In this document: in pieces, positions 23,530-32,034 of the stretch
Numbering within the stretch: the first letter of the stretch is position 1
How the letters are laid out: each line of letters opens with the position of its first letter
Source: an uncultured Thermoplasmatales archaeon
GTDB lineage: Archaea > Thermoplasmatota > E2 > UBA202 > JdFR-43
Length of the DNA: 32,175 nucleotides
Direction: 5' to 3'
Assembly (NCBI GenBank): GCA_964572575.1
Contig: CAZNGK010000001.1
Location: forward strand, 1-32,175
Translations under genes and position numbers: made by a program
Notes under the pieces: generated by a model
The model's database searches: none
What the model was told of the DNA's origin: nothing
Seen by the model: only the letters and a program-made list of their open reading frames with translations

Positions 23530-24129
23530 GTGAATTGGAAGCACCATATAAGGAGGTTGATAGAACATAATGAACATTATGTTACAGTAAAGTTATTTGG
23601 TAAGGAAATTCATCCATGTGCAAGATGTTTTGGAAAGTGGCTTGGGATGTTATTTACATTGCCAATTGGATTGCTGTTTTTTATGGGGAAGTTTCACACT
23701 ACATTTACAGTTGGCTTTATAACATCATGGCTTTTGGCATTGCCATCAATTGTGGATTGGATCTCTATAAAATATACCAACAGGGAGGGAAGCAACCGTT
23801 TAAGATTTATAACAGGGTTTTTACTTGGTGCTGGTATTGTTACATACTTCTTGATCATGCCTGCTACTTGGATGTTCAAATTTTCAACATTTTTGGCATA
23901 TGAAATAGTTTTTGGGCTGTTGATACTTCACAAGAATTATGGAATAACCGATTTCATAACTAATCCAAAATACACATTCAGTTGCATTCAAACTGGATGC
24001 TGTTGTGGTGCATGTGATCCATGTGTTTCATCCTGTGTAAATGGATGTATATGTTTAATGCTGATGGTTATAACATTGCCAATATTGTGCTGTATATTTG
24101 GAATGTTTAAAAAGGAGGGAGAAAAATGA
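23530..24129 (+). CDS. membrane protein, DUF2085-like, with a Cys-rich C-terminal tail
   Basis: HPCARCFGKWLG resembles the DUF2085 signature (from memory). The tail CIQTGCCCGACDPCVSSCVNGCICLM...LCC is Cys-rich. GTG start. Confidence 0.55.
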   Translation: MNWKHHIRRLIEHNEHYVTVKLFGKEIHPCARCFGKWLGMLFTLPIGLLFFMGKFHTTFTVGFITSWLLALPSIVDWISIKYTNREGSNRLRFITGFLLGAGIVTYFLIMPATWMFKFSTFLAYEIVFGLLILHKNYGITDFITNPKYTFSCIQTGCCCGACDPCVSSCVNGCICLMLMVITLPILCCIFGMFKKEGEK

Positions 24130-25595
24130 AAAACAAAAAAATGGTTATACTCTCAATAGTTGCTGGGCTAATAATAGTATCTGCTGTATATATTTCATAT
24201 AATACTGGATATTTGCAGAAACTACTGCATATTCAAGCATATGACAAAGGAGATTCCCCATACGATGATTATATTTGCTTCGTATATAAGATAGAACCAA
24301 GAGATGGAGAGGGTGTAGAAGGCATTCCAGAAAGATTAACTGCTTATATATACACAAATGCACCAGCAAATAGAACAAATGTTCAGTTTGAATGGGAAGA
24401 TGACAACAATAAATATTTATCAGCACATATATGGCTTGATGGTCAAAATATTCTTGGTGGCGGAACTGTTGAAAAAATTAGCCAATATGAGTATAAGGTT
24501 TCCTATCCAATAGCATCTGGTCATAGTTATAATTATAAATCTGGGTATAAATGGTGTTTAACTGTATGGCTAACCAGCAAGCCACATGGATATGCTGGTG
24601 CTTCAATATGGTATCTTTCAGAACTATATTGGACATGGTATAAAAATGATAGACAAGCACCATATTACAAACCAACTGCAAATGCAGGAGGTCCATATAT
24701 AGCACAGGTTGGTGAAAGAATTAAATTAGATTCAACTAAAAGCACTACACCATCTGGCAGTGAAATTATAGATTGGTATTGGGATATAAACAATGATGGT
24801 ATTTGGGATAAATATGGGAAAACAGCATATATATCATTTCAAAATACTGGAATATATACAATAAAACTTCTTGTAGTAAATGATAAAGCATTTTATGATG
24901 AGGATACCACAACTATAACCGTTACTAATGTTAATAATCCACCTGTTGCAGATGCTGATGGTCCGTATTCTGGAAAGATGGGAGAAGTTATAACCCTTGA
25001 TGGGAGTAAGAGTTATGATCCTGATGGAAATGAACTATCCTATGAATGGGATACGGATGGAGATGGAAGATATGATGCAACTGGAGAAAAAATAAATATT
25101 AGATATTACACTACTGGTAACCATACAGTTACTTTAAAAGTTAGCGATGGTCAATATTCAGATACGGATACCACATATGTTGTTATTTCATCATCAGATC
25201 CTGAAAATCAGTTGCCCGTTGCAGATGCTGGTGGTCCATACTATGGAAATGTTTCTGAACCTATAACACTTGATGGCTCTGGTAGTTATGATCCAGATGG
25301 TTATATATCAACTTGGAAGTGGGATATAAACAATGATGGGGTGTGGGATGTAAGCGGTCAGTATGCAACCGTATCGTTTAAAGTTGCAGGGAACTATACC
25401 GTAAAATTGATGGTGATTGACAATGATGGTGGTATTTCATACGATAATGCAACAATAAACATTAATCAACCAAGTATAGGTCCTATTGATACAGATTCTT
25501 GGGTGAAAAATACTATTATTATGCTTTTGATAATTGTTGCCATAATTTCCATCATTACCATCATTTACATCATCAAAAAGAAAAAAATCATCTAA
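24126..25595 (+). CDS. membrane-anchored protein with three PKD domains
   Basis: Three repeats of A[ND]AGGPY...LDGS.SYDPDG...W[DK]WD...DG...TV.L.V.D. N-terminal and C-terminal TM segments. ATGA overlap with the upstream gene. Confidence 0.85.
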   Translation: MKNKKMVILSIVAGLIIVSAVYISYNTGYLQKLLHIQAYDKGDSPYDDYICFVYKIEPRDGEGVEGIPERLTAYIYTNAPANRTNVQFEWEDDNNKYLSAHIWLDGQNILGGGTVEKISQYEYKVSYPIASGHSYNYKSGYKWCLTVWLTSKPHGYAGASIWYLSELYWTWYKNDRQAPYYKPTANAGGPYIAQVGERIKLDSTKSTTPSGSEIIDWYWDINNDGIWDKYGKTAYISFQNTGIYTIKLLVVNDKAFYDEDTTTITVTNVNNPPVADADGPYSGKMGEVITLDGSKSYDPDGNELSYEWDTDGDGRYDATGEKINIRYYTTGNHTVTLKVSDGQYSDTDTTYVVISSSDPENQLPVADAGGPYYGNVSEPITLDGSGSYDPDGYISTWKWDINNDGVWDVSGQYATVSFKVAGNYTVKLMVIDNDGGISYDNATININQPSIGPIDTDSWVKNTIIMLLIIVAIISIITIIYIIKKKKII

Positions 25596-26154
25596 TACAA
25601 TACCACAGAAAAGTTATCACACACATAAATGCAAGTGCTACAATAAAAAGATGATCCTTGCTTATGAATTTATTACCAAAAAAGTATAGTATTGCGAATG
25701 ATAATGTGAGTGTTAATCCAAATTTTATTGATTGATGTATTGGTGGAAGTTTATAATATGTTACACCATCAATCACATTATTCACTATTTTTCCATGGGC
25801 TAATAATCCAGTTAGTGCATCATTTAAAATATCATATGGATAAACAAGTTCATTCTCTATCTCCTGAAAAGTGAATTTATCTTTCTCAAGCCATTTATCT
25901 TTCATCAATTTTAAAATATCATCCTTAACCTGATCTACATCCACCTTTAATGATATAAATCTTGCACCTTTTTTATGCCATGAGAAAATAATGCCCTCGT
26001 TTGCCATATCATCAAGAATTGTAGAAACTGTTGATTTTGCTGGAGGATCTTTAAATGCTGTGTTCAAAAGTTTATAAATATCATTAAATCTGCATATCTT
26101 ATGTTTCTCCAAATATTTTATGATAACTTTTCTTATATCATCTGCTTCTCTCAT
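25588..26154 (-). CDS. membrane-tethered tandem wHTH protein
   Basis: Two wHTH-like modules (KICRFNDIYKLL...STVSTILDDMANEGII; ...LNDALTGLLAHGKI) followed by two C-terminal TM helices. B5 promoter upstream. Confidence 0.6.
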   Translation of the reverse strand: MREADDIRKVIIKYLEKHKICRFNDIYKLLNTAFKDPPAKSTVSTILDDMANEGIIFSWHKKGARFISLKVDVDQVKDDILKLMKDKWLEKDKFTFQEIENELVYPYDILNDALTGLLAHGKIVNNVIDGVTYYKLPPIHQSIKFGLTLTLSFAILYFFGNKFISKDHLFIVALAFMCVITFLWYCIR

Positions 26155-26180
26155 GTATGAAAATAAAATGATAAGTTGGA

Positions 26181-26205
26181 TATAAATTTTCCCCTTTTAG
26201 GGCAA
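26181..26205 (-). promoter_or_regulatory. Family-B module B5 (minus strand: TTGCCCTAAAAGGGGAA plus AATTTATA)
   Basis: Degenerate left arm. 51 nt from the first T to ATG 26154. Confidence 0.6.
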
Positions 26206-26243
26206 AATACCAAAAAACATATTTATATGTAAAATATTAAACT

Positions 26244-26630
26244 TTGATGCCGAAAAATAAATTGGATTGGGGAGATGTGGTGGCAATAATATTCTTTATA
26301 ATAGGAACGGTATCGGTATTGGGAGGACTTCTGTTTTCCACAGTGTGGGCAGAGTTATCAAGATTCCTTGAAAGTGCAGGATTCATGATAACACTGTTTA
26401 ACTTTGATACAACAGTGGCAACAATGACATTATTTGGATTTGGCATAATGTATATGCTAACTGGCTATCTGGTTGCAGAGAGATACAAGGAAGGCAAGGT
26501 GCTTGCATTTATATTTGGCATAATATTTCTATTTGCATTTCCAATAGGAACAGTGATTGGACTAATAACACTATACACGATACTTGCCAGCGATGTGAAG
26601 AACGAATTTACAAAAGAAATAGAACTGTGA
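26244..26630 (+). CDS. membrane protein (about 127 aa, 4 TM)
   Basis: Hydrophobic helices. Track start is TTG 26244, with an ATG at 26247. Confidence 0.6.
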   Translation: MMPKNKLDWGDVVAIIFFIIGTVSVLGGLLFSTVWAELSRFLESAGFMITLFNFDTTVATMTLFGFGIMYMLTGYLVAERYKEGKVLAFIFGIIFLFAFPIGTVIGLITLYTILASDVKNEFTKEIEL

Positions 26631-26785
26631 AAACAAAAATTCATTAAAAAACTGTTCTTCCTTTCTCTTATTTTGTATTATGCTATTTTCTGAACTATTC
26701 AAAAGCATTTAATTTCATATCTTATGAATTGTTCGCTGAATTATCATTTAAATACCCTTTCAATATTATTATATCGGTGATAAAA

Positions 26786-27382
26786 ATGAAAGGTTGGAGC
26801 GTATTGCTCGTGGTAGGTGTGTTCTGCCTCTTGCTTGGGGCAGGCATAGGGTATTGGTGGGTGAGCGAGAAACAGCCAGTAACGGAGGAATTTGAAGTGG
26901 AGGAACAGCCGACAAGGGTTGCCACACTTGATCTTGCGATAAACAACAGTGCATTTGCGAACTTCTCAACGGTGATTGATGCCAACGGAAGCGTATCCAC
27001 TGAAACAAGTAAAAGTGCAACTATAACAATATGGAATAATGATACACAGGACAGTTTGCCACTGATTATATCTATGTATAATACAATAAATGGCAGGAAA
27101 GGGCTTCCAGATGCATTGCAGAACATAGATGGACTTGATATAGATTTGACTTATCAGAGTGGTATTGCCACAGTAACCAAACATCTTGTGAAGGATGGAG
27201 AGATACAAACAGAAGGTGTTTCAATAGGATCTCTTGAGCAGGATGCATATACACAGATTACATTAACTGTAACTGTTGGAGAATGCACAAACGAATATGT
27301 TGATGGTGCTTCATATACCTGCACAGTATATGTGATACAGGGAAATAGTTACGACGATATTGACTTCACCTTCACCACATAG
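26786..27382 (+). CDS. N-terminally anchored or secreted beta-rich protein (198 aa)
   Basis: MKGWSVLLVVGVFCLLLGAGIGYWW followed by a beta-rich domain. The upstream track extension (26729) is unlikely. Confidence 0.6.
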   Translation: MKGWSVLLVVGVFCLLLGAGIGYWWVSEKQPVTEEFEVEEQPTRVATLDLAINNSAFANFSTVIDANGSVSTETSKSATITIWNNDTQDSLPLIISMYNTINGRKGLPDALQNIDGLDIDLTYQSGIATVTKHLVKDGEIQTEGVSIGSLEQDAYTQITLTVTVGECTNEYVDGASYTCTVYVIQGNSYDDIDFTFTT

Positions 27383-27409
27383 AGGGACAGCATAACAACC
27401 CTTTCCCTT

Positions 27410-27432
27410 CCTCTCTCCCTTATGGAGAGAGG
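27410..27432 (+). terminator. GC-rich hairpin (9-bp stem cctctctcc/ggagagagg, 5-nt loop) abutting the next SD
   Basis: Lies in the 61-bp gap between 27382 and ATG 27444. The SD GGAGGT at 27433-27438 follows directly. It could be an attenuator or an mRNA stabiliser. Confidence 0.4.
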
Positions 27433-27443
27433 GGAGGTATAAA

Positions 27444-28601
27444 ATGAAAAAGGCAAGTATAATATTGGTAGCGGTTGCAGTATGCGGGCTTGTGATTGCG
27501 AACATACCACAATCCGATGCATATACTTGGTATAATAACAGAAATACAGTAACAATACCATCATATACTGTGGGGAATGGATGGATAAATGCCTCACTAT
27601 ACTATGGTTCTTGGGTTTCCAGTGCTGGGGAGAATATGAGTGCTAATTGGAGTATGCCAACACCACTAAATGAAAGCAACAGCATTAGCATGAAAATTTA
27701 CAACAATGGAAGTGGTCCTATACACTGTAATCTGACAGTAAATGGTCATGAGCGTGTTAATAGTTCAACAACAATAAATGCTGGAATAGAGTTCAATGTT
27801 GCTTTTGATACCAGTTTATATCCACAGGACTATCTAAATATAACATTTAATGCCGATAGCACAGATGTTTTCCTGAATATATCAATAAATTGGGTTGATG
27901 CAACAGTAACAAAAACAGAGTTCATAACAGGTGTTCATGGATTGATAGGCAGTATCCAAGAAAGATACAAAACACATCCAGAAATAAAGTTTGATAAGGA
28001 TGCCAGTTACTATGTGGTGGAGGACAAAATAACAATAAGACCAGCATTTGTTGATACGAACAACTGGAGTATGGAAATATACGATGTCAATTTCACAATA
28101 CATTATCCAAGTAATGCCATAAATAGCCCAGTATCCAAGATATATGTTGATTATCTGAATCTATCATCGCCATCAGAAACACATTACATAGGATACCAGA
28201 AGCATGGTCCATATGTTTCAAGGATAGGAACTCCATCCCAAAATCCATATGGAGATTATGAACTTGGAATGCGTGTATATGCATACGAAGATGAGGAAGA
28301 TTGCAGTTGGGAGTTTGATCCTGAAAGCAGTGATTTGAGCAGTTATTTCCCATCACTTGACTATGACACACTAACAATAGAAATAAACGGAATTGAATAC
28401 AATTTCACAAGAGGAAGCATAGAAATAAGCGATATTGACCTTGATGAAGGGCAGAATACTGTTGAATTTCAATGGACACCAGAGCAGGTGATAACCCCAG
28501 TTACTCCAACTGAAAAAGATACAACACTGTGGCTAATTGGTGCAGGAATATTGATAGTTGGAGTGGTGCTTGTAGCGTTGATATTCATCAAGAGGAAGTA
28601 G
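27444..28601 (+). CDS. secreted, C-terminally anchored putative glycoprotein (385 aa)
   Basis: Sec-type signal peptide, 13 N-x-S/T sequons by my count, and a C-terminal TM LWLIGAGILIVGVVLVALIFIKRK. Confidence 0.7.
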   Translation: MKKASIILVAVAVCGLVIANIPQSDAYTWYNNRNTVTIPSYTVGNGWINASLYYGSWVSSAGENMSANWSMPTPLNESNSISMKIYNNGSGPIHCNLTVNGHERVNSSTTINAGIEFNVAFDTSLYPQDYLNITFNADSTDVFLNISINWVDATVTKTEFITGVHGLIGSIQERYKTHPEIKFDKDASYYVVEDKITIRPAFVDTNNWSMEIYDVNFTIHYPSNAINSPVSKIYVDYLNLSSPSETHYIGYQKHGPYVSRIGTPSQNPYGDYELGMRVYAYEDEEDCSWEFDPESSDLSSYFPSLDYDTLTIEINGIEYNFTRGSIEISDIDLDEGQNTVEFQWTPEQVITPVTPTEKDTTLWLIGAGILIVGVVLVALIFIKRK

Positions 28602-28609
28602 GTGATCCA

Positions 28610-29368
28610 ATGAAGACAAAAATAACTGCGATAGCAATGATTACTTTAATTGCTACAATTTTTTTCACACCACTACTTGATAGTAGGGCAGAAACTGTTT
28701 ATAAATGGGAACAATGGGAGGACAGTGATAGTAGGCAGGTAGAACTTGTGAATGCTGGTGATATACAAGTTTCAGAATTTACAGGATTTACCCCAGGTGC
28801 TTCATTCTATTGCTGGAATCCGTATATCTATGATGGTTCTTCGCTACAAAAAGGATACTGGCTTTCAGATGCAAAACCAGTGAAGTGTGTGTGGGAATAC
28901 TATGATCCACATATGCATAAATTTTACAGAGTTGAAAAGGATGTGGCAGTTGTATATGAAGGGGACTTTAATGGACATAGATATGCATTCGCTGATTACA
29001 ATGAGTTTATAATACCAGCACTTTTCATGCCAGATAGATACGGTGATTGGGCAGTTAGAAGTTACTTTATATTTGAGGGAGGCGGGCATGGTGGAGAAGG
29101 TCCAGTGGTTGATGAACAGGGAAATTCATACATGCTTTCATTCCCAGTTGTAAAGGGATCAACATTCAACCTGATATTCAATGCACCAATCTACCTCTTT
29201 GGGCATAAAACCATACCATTGTTCTGGTGGCTAATTCCAGTGTGGGCATTGATAATATTCTTCATAATTGCAGTGATCTACACAAGATCTGTGGTTGGTG
29301 CAGTGAGATTGATAAAAAATATTGCTGAAGCAACAAGAAAGGCAAAAACAGAGTGGAGGAGAAGATGA
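28610..29368 (+). CDS. secreted, C-terminally anchored protein, paralogue A (252 aa)
   Basis: ATG 28610 follows the extended SD AGGTGATCC. Signal peptide, C-terminal TM and an amphipathic tail ending KTEWRRR. Similar to the next gene. Confidence 0.65.
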   Translation: MKTKITAIAMITLIATIFFTPLLDSRAETVYKWEQWEDSDSRQVELVNAGDIQVSEFTGFTPGASFYCWNPYIYDGSSLQKGYWLSDAKPVKCVWEYYDPHMHKFYRVEKDVAVVYEGDFNGHRYAFADYNEFIIPALFMPDRYGDWAVRSYFIFEGGGHGGEGPVVDEQGNSYMLSFPVVKGSTFNLIFNAPIYLFGHKTIPLFWWLIPVWALIIFFIIAVIYTRSVVGAVRLIKNIAEATRKAKTEWRRR

Positions 29369-30021
29369 AAAGAATAGCAATAATCACAACCCTCATCCCC
29401 ATCTTATTTTTGTTATTTGTGAATAGTGTTAATGCTGAAAATATTTACACATCAGATTCATATTTTACTGCTGGAAGTGTTATTTTAATCAAACTTGAAG
29501 GTGAAACTGCTGTTAAACCAACTGGCGTGGTTTATGAATTGCTTGATGCAAACGGTCATGTGGTTTATAAATGGAAACATAGACCAGATATTGTGAGGCA
29601 GGGTGGCATTCTGGATTGGTATATATATGATGAATTTGAAATAAAGTTGCCAAACATGATGGGATTTTATATATTTGAAGATAGACCAGAAGGGCAATGG
29701 GAAATAAAAACATATTTTGAATATGCAAAAGGCATAATAGAGGGAAGTGAAAGCCGTTTTCATTTCAATGTGTATAAAGGCAATGTGATTGATAATCTGT
29801 TTGCACCAATATACATTTATAAAGGATACAGAGTATTTGGAATTGAAGTTGCACACATGCAGTTTGAATTATTCCCCTTTGGTTGGATTCTCACTTTCAT
29901 TTTCGCAATATTTTTATTCTTCCTCTCTATTAAATATATAAGGTTCGCCCTGAAACAGGTCAAAATAATAATATCACGGTCCTCTGCTCGCATAAAGAAA
30001 GAGTGGAGGACAAAAGGGTGA
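29365..30021 (+). CDS. secreted, C-terminally anchored protein, paralogue B (218 aa)
   Basis: ATGA overlap. Shares YKWxxx, GxW.[IV][KR][ST]YF, APIY and the tail KKEWRTKG with paralogue A. Confidence 0.65.
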   Translation: MKRIAIITTLIPILFLLFVNSVNAENIYTSDSYFTAGSVILIKLEGETAVKPTGVVYELLDANGHVVYKWKHRPDIVRQGGILDWYIYDEFEIKLPNMMGFYIFEDRPEGQWEIKTYFEYAKGIIEGSESRFHFNVYKGNVIDNLFAPIYIYKGYRVFGIEVAHMQFELFPFGWILTFIFAIFLFFLSIKYIRFALKQVKIIISRSSARIKKEWRTKG

Positions 30022-30027
30022 TGAAAA

Positions 30028-30273
30028 ATGTTGAGGAGAATAAAAGAAAATCTGGATAGGGTGCGTAAGGATAAAAGAGGGCAGTTAATGTGGATAGGAG
30101 TAGCGATAATAATACTGTTTGCACTAATGTTCTTTGGCTTGGCATGGATGATAATAGCGAACTTTGAAACACTTGGTAAGGGATTCCTATACATAGCGGT
30201 AGGGATCGCAGTGGTAATTGGAGTGGGTGTAATTGCTAAAAAAATGTTGGAAAAACCTTTGGGGGTGAGGTAA
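30028..30273 (+). CDS. small two-TM membrane protein (81 aa)
   Basis: Basic N-terminus ending KRGQ, followed by hydrophobic helices. Confidence 0.55.
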   Translation: MLRRIKENLDRVRKDKRGQLMWIGVAIIILFALMFFGLAWMIIANFETLGKGFLYIAVGIAVVIGVGVIAKKMLEKPLGVR

Positions 30274-30274
30274 A

Positions 30275-31612
30275 ATGTTCGAGAATATATTGCCACACCA
30301 GATAATATTGTTGTGGATGTGCATGGCAGGGCTATCGGGAACATTAATATCGTTCATGGTGAGCGAAGGCAAAAAGCCACTATACACAATAGCAACAATG
30401 TTTTCCAGTGCCTTTGCTGGAGTGCTATTCGGTGGATTCTTTGTAGCATTAACAGATGCATTGGTATGGGAATACTGGAGTTTGTTAATACCAGTATTCA
30501 TCGGTGGCATTGTAGCAATATTGGTAACGGTGTATCTTGCAGATAAATTGCCAACTCCAAATGTAAAAGTAAAGCCGATAGCACTTGCGATAGCAATAAT
30601 AATGGTGATAGTGCTTTCTTTTGCACCAGCAATGACAATATCTCAACCAACAAGATTACATGCACCACAGGTTGATTTTGTTTCGTTAAATCTTGGAACT
30701 ACAAAACTGCTGAAACCAGCATCACAAGAAAATATTGGATATGTTACATTGAAGGATGTGCTGAAAAGAAATATAGATAGTGATTTACTTACAACACTTT
30801 CATATACAACAAATAAAGTGATGATAGATAGTTACCACACAAACATTGAATTTCCAACAAAACTATCTGAAGATGCTCAAGAAGGTGATTACATTGGTTT
30901 CAAATTAACCTTCAGTGTATCAAGCAGTAGCCCAACTGATTGGAAGATGCCAGCATGGTTTGTATTCGTGTGGGGAGATGTTAATGGAAATGGACAGATG
31001 GATGATAGTGATGTAACATTTAGTGAGCAGTTTTTCAAAATACCATCGCAGGCAGGACTTATTTATACATCAGCACCATGTGTTTATGATAAGGATGGCA
31101 ATCCATTGTGGGCAATGTATGGAGTGAATACTGGAAGTGGTTATCAGTTACTGCCAGTAACATTTGCACTTTGGGGAATAAATGGAACATCAACACCATG
31201 GAAGGATGACAGTAAATACACATTTGCCAATACACCAGAAGGGTTTAAGCCACCATACGATCAGGCAAGTTGGCAGATAGATGCTTCTGGGACATTATCA
31301 CCAAAAGAGAGTGTATGGGCTTGGGTTGAAATAAAGAAAGGCGATTCATATCCAGTATATGGAAAGATTTACTGCCCATACGGAATGAGCAACTATACAA
31401 GTGATTGGTATCTCACAGTAATAGCATATGATTATGCATACAGCACATCGGAAGCAGTGGCAACACACAGTATGCATTTTGTTGTGCAAGGACCACAAAA
31501 ACCAGTGGTAAATGTAGCATCTGAATGGTGGATTGAGGCATCATTGCTCTTTGCACTTGCAGTGATAGGCGTAGCAACAGTGAAATACGGAAGCAAATTT
31601 GCATTTAAGTGA
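30275..31612 (+). CDS. polytopic N-terminus plus large extracellular domain plus C-terminal TM (445 aa)
   Basis: About four N-terminal TM helices, a dockerin/EF-hand-like loop DVNGNGQMDDSDV, and a C-terminal TM. Confidence 0.7.
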   Translation: MFENILPHQIILLWMCMAGLSGTLISFMVSEGKKPLYTIATMFSSAFAGVLFGGFFVALTDALVWEYWSLLIPVFIGGIVAILVTVYLADKLPTPNVKVKPIALAIAIIMVIVLSFAPAMTISQPTRLHAPQVDFVSLNLGTTKLLKPASQENIGYVTLKDVLKRNIDSDLLTTLSYTTNKVMIDSYHTNIEFPTKLSEDAQEGDYIGFKLTFSVSSSSPTDWKMPAWFVFVWGDVNGNGQMDDSDVTFSEQFFKIPSQAGLIYTSAPCVYDKDGNPLWAMYGVNTGSGYQLLPVTFALWGINGTSTPWKDDSKYTFANTPEGFKPPYDQASWQIDASGTLSPKESVWAWVEIKKGDSYPVYGKIYCPYGMSNYTSDWYLTVIAYDYAYSTSEAVATHSMHFVVQGPQKPVVNVASEWWIEASLLFALAVIGVATVKYGSKFAFK

Positions 31613-31803
31613 ATAAAATGCAACAAGTAACACAAAAACATGGGATTAAAATAAGTGCAATGAAATTGATACTGCTATTAGTTCTATTCATCTACATAGT
31701 TAGCCCCATAGACCTGCTTTCTCTAAACCCAGTAGATGATATATTTGCAGTGATAATCATCTTACTTATACTATTCCCGATAGTTGGCATAACAGGGGGA
31801 TAA
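31609..31803 (+). CDS. DUF1232 (YkvA)-like small membrane protein, paralogue 1
   Basis: YIVSPIDLLSLNPVDDI motif. ATGA-type overlap. Confidence 0.6.
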   Translation: MNKMQQVTQKHGIKISAMKLILLLVLFIYIVSPIDLLSLNPVDDIFAVIIILLILFPIVGITGG

Positions 31804-31804
31804 A

Positions 31805-32017
31805 ATGAAAATGAAAGAACTCATGAAAAAGGCGATGAAACTAATAGTGCTATTGATAGCATTAATCTACATAGTTAGCCCAATAGACCTCCTCCCCGCT
31901 AATCCTTTAGATGACATAATTGTTGGATTGATTGCATTCCTGATGGTATTCGGTGAATTCGATTTAGGAAACAAACTGCTTGGTGCAATGGAAACAAAAA
32001 AAGCATTGAGAAAGTAA
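31805..32017 (+). CDS. DUF1232 (YkvA)-like small membrane protein, paralogue 2
   Basis: YIVSPIDLLPANPLDDI. Tandem duplicate of the previous gene. Confidence 0.6.
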   Translation: MKMKELMKKAMKLIVLLIALIYIVSPIDLLPANPLDDIIVGLIAFLMVFGEFDLGNKLLGAMETKKALRK

Positions 32018-32034
32018 TTAACAGGTGATTGAAA

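Noticed and set aside
24776-25345. 22-bp identical DNA repeat tgggatataaacaatgatgg at about 24777 and about 25319
   Set aside because: It is explained by the internal PKD-domain repeats of one gene (WDINNDG) and is not an independent element.
28529-28609. Upstream extensions of 28529-29368, 26729-27382, 29353-30021 and 3427-3828
   Set aside because: They overlap the preceding gene. An internal ATG preceded by a strong SD starts a canonical signal peptide or follows the upstream stop directly.
30028-30273. Class III (type IV pilin-like) signal: ...DKRG/QLMWIGVAIIILFAL resembles the KG/Q prepilin cleavage motif; MKG/WSVLLVV at 26786 was also considered
   Set aside because: The 81 aa protein has a second TM helix and no globular pilin domain. 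No prepilin peptidase, ATPase or platform gene is present. The evidence is too thin for a pilin call.
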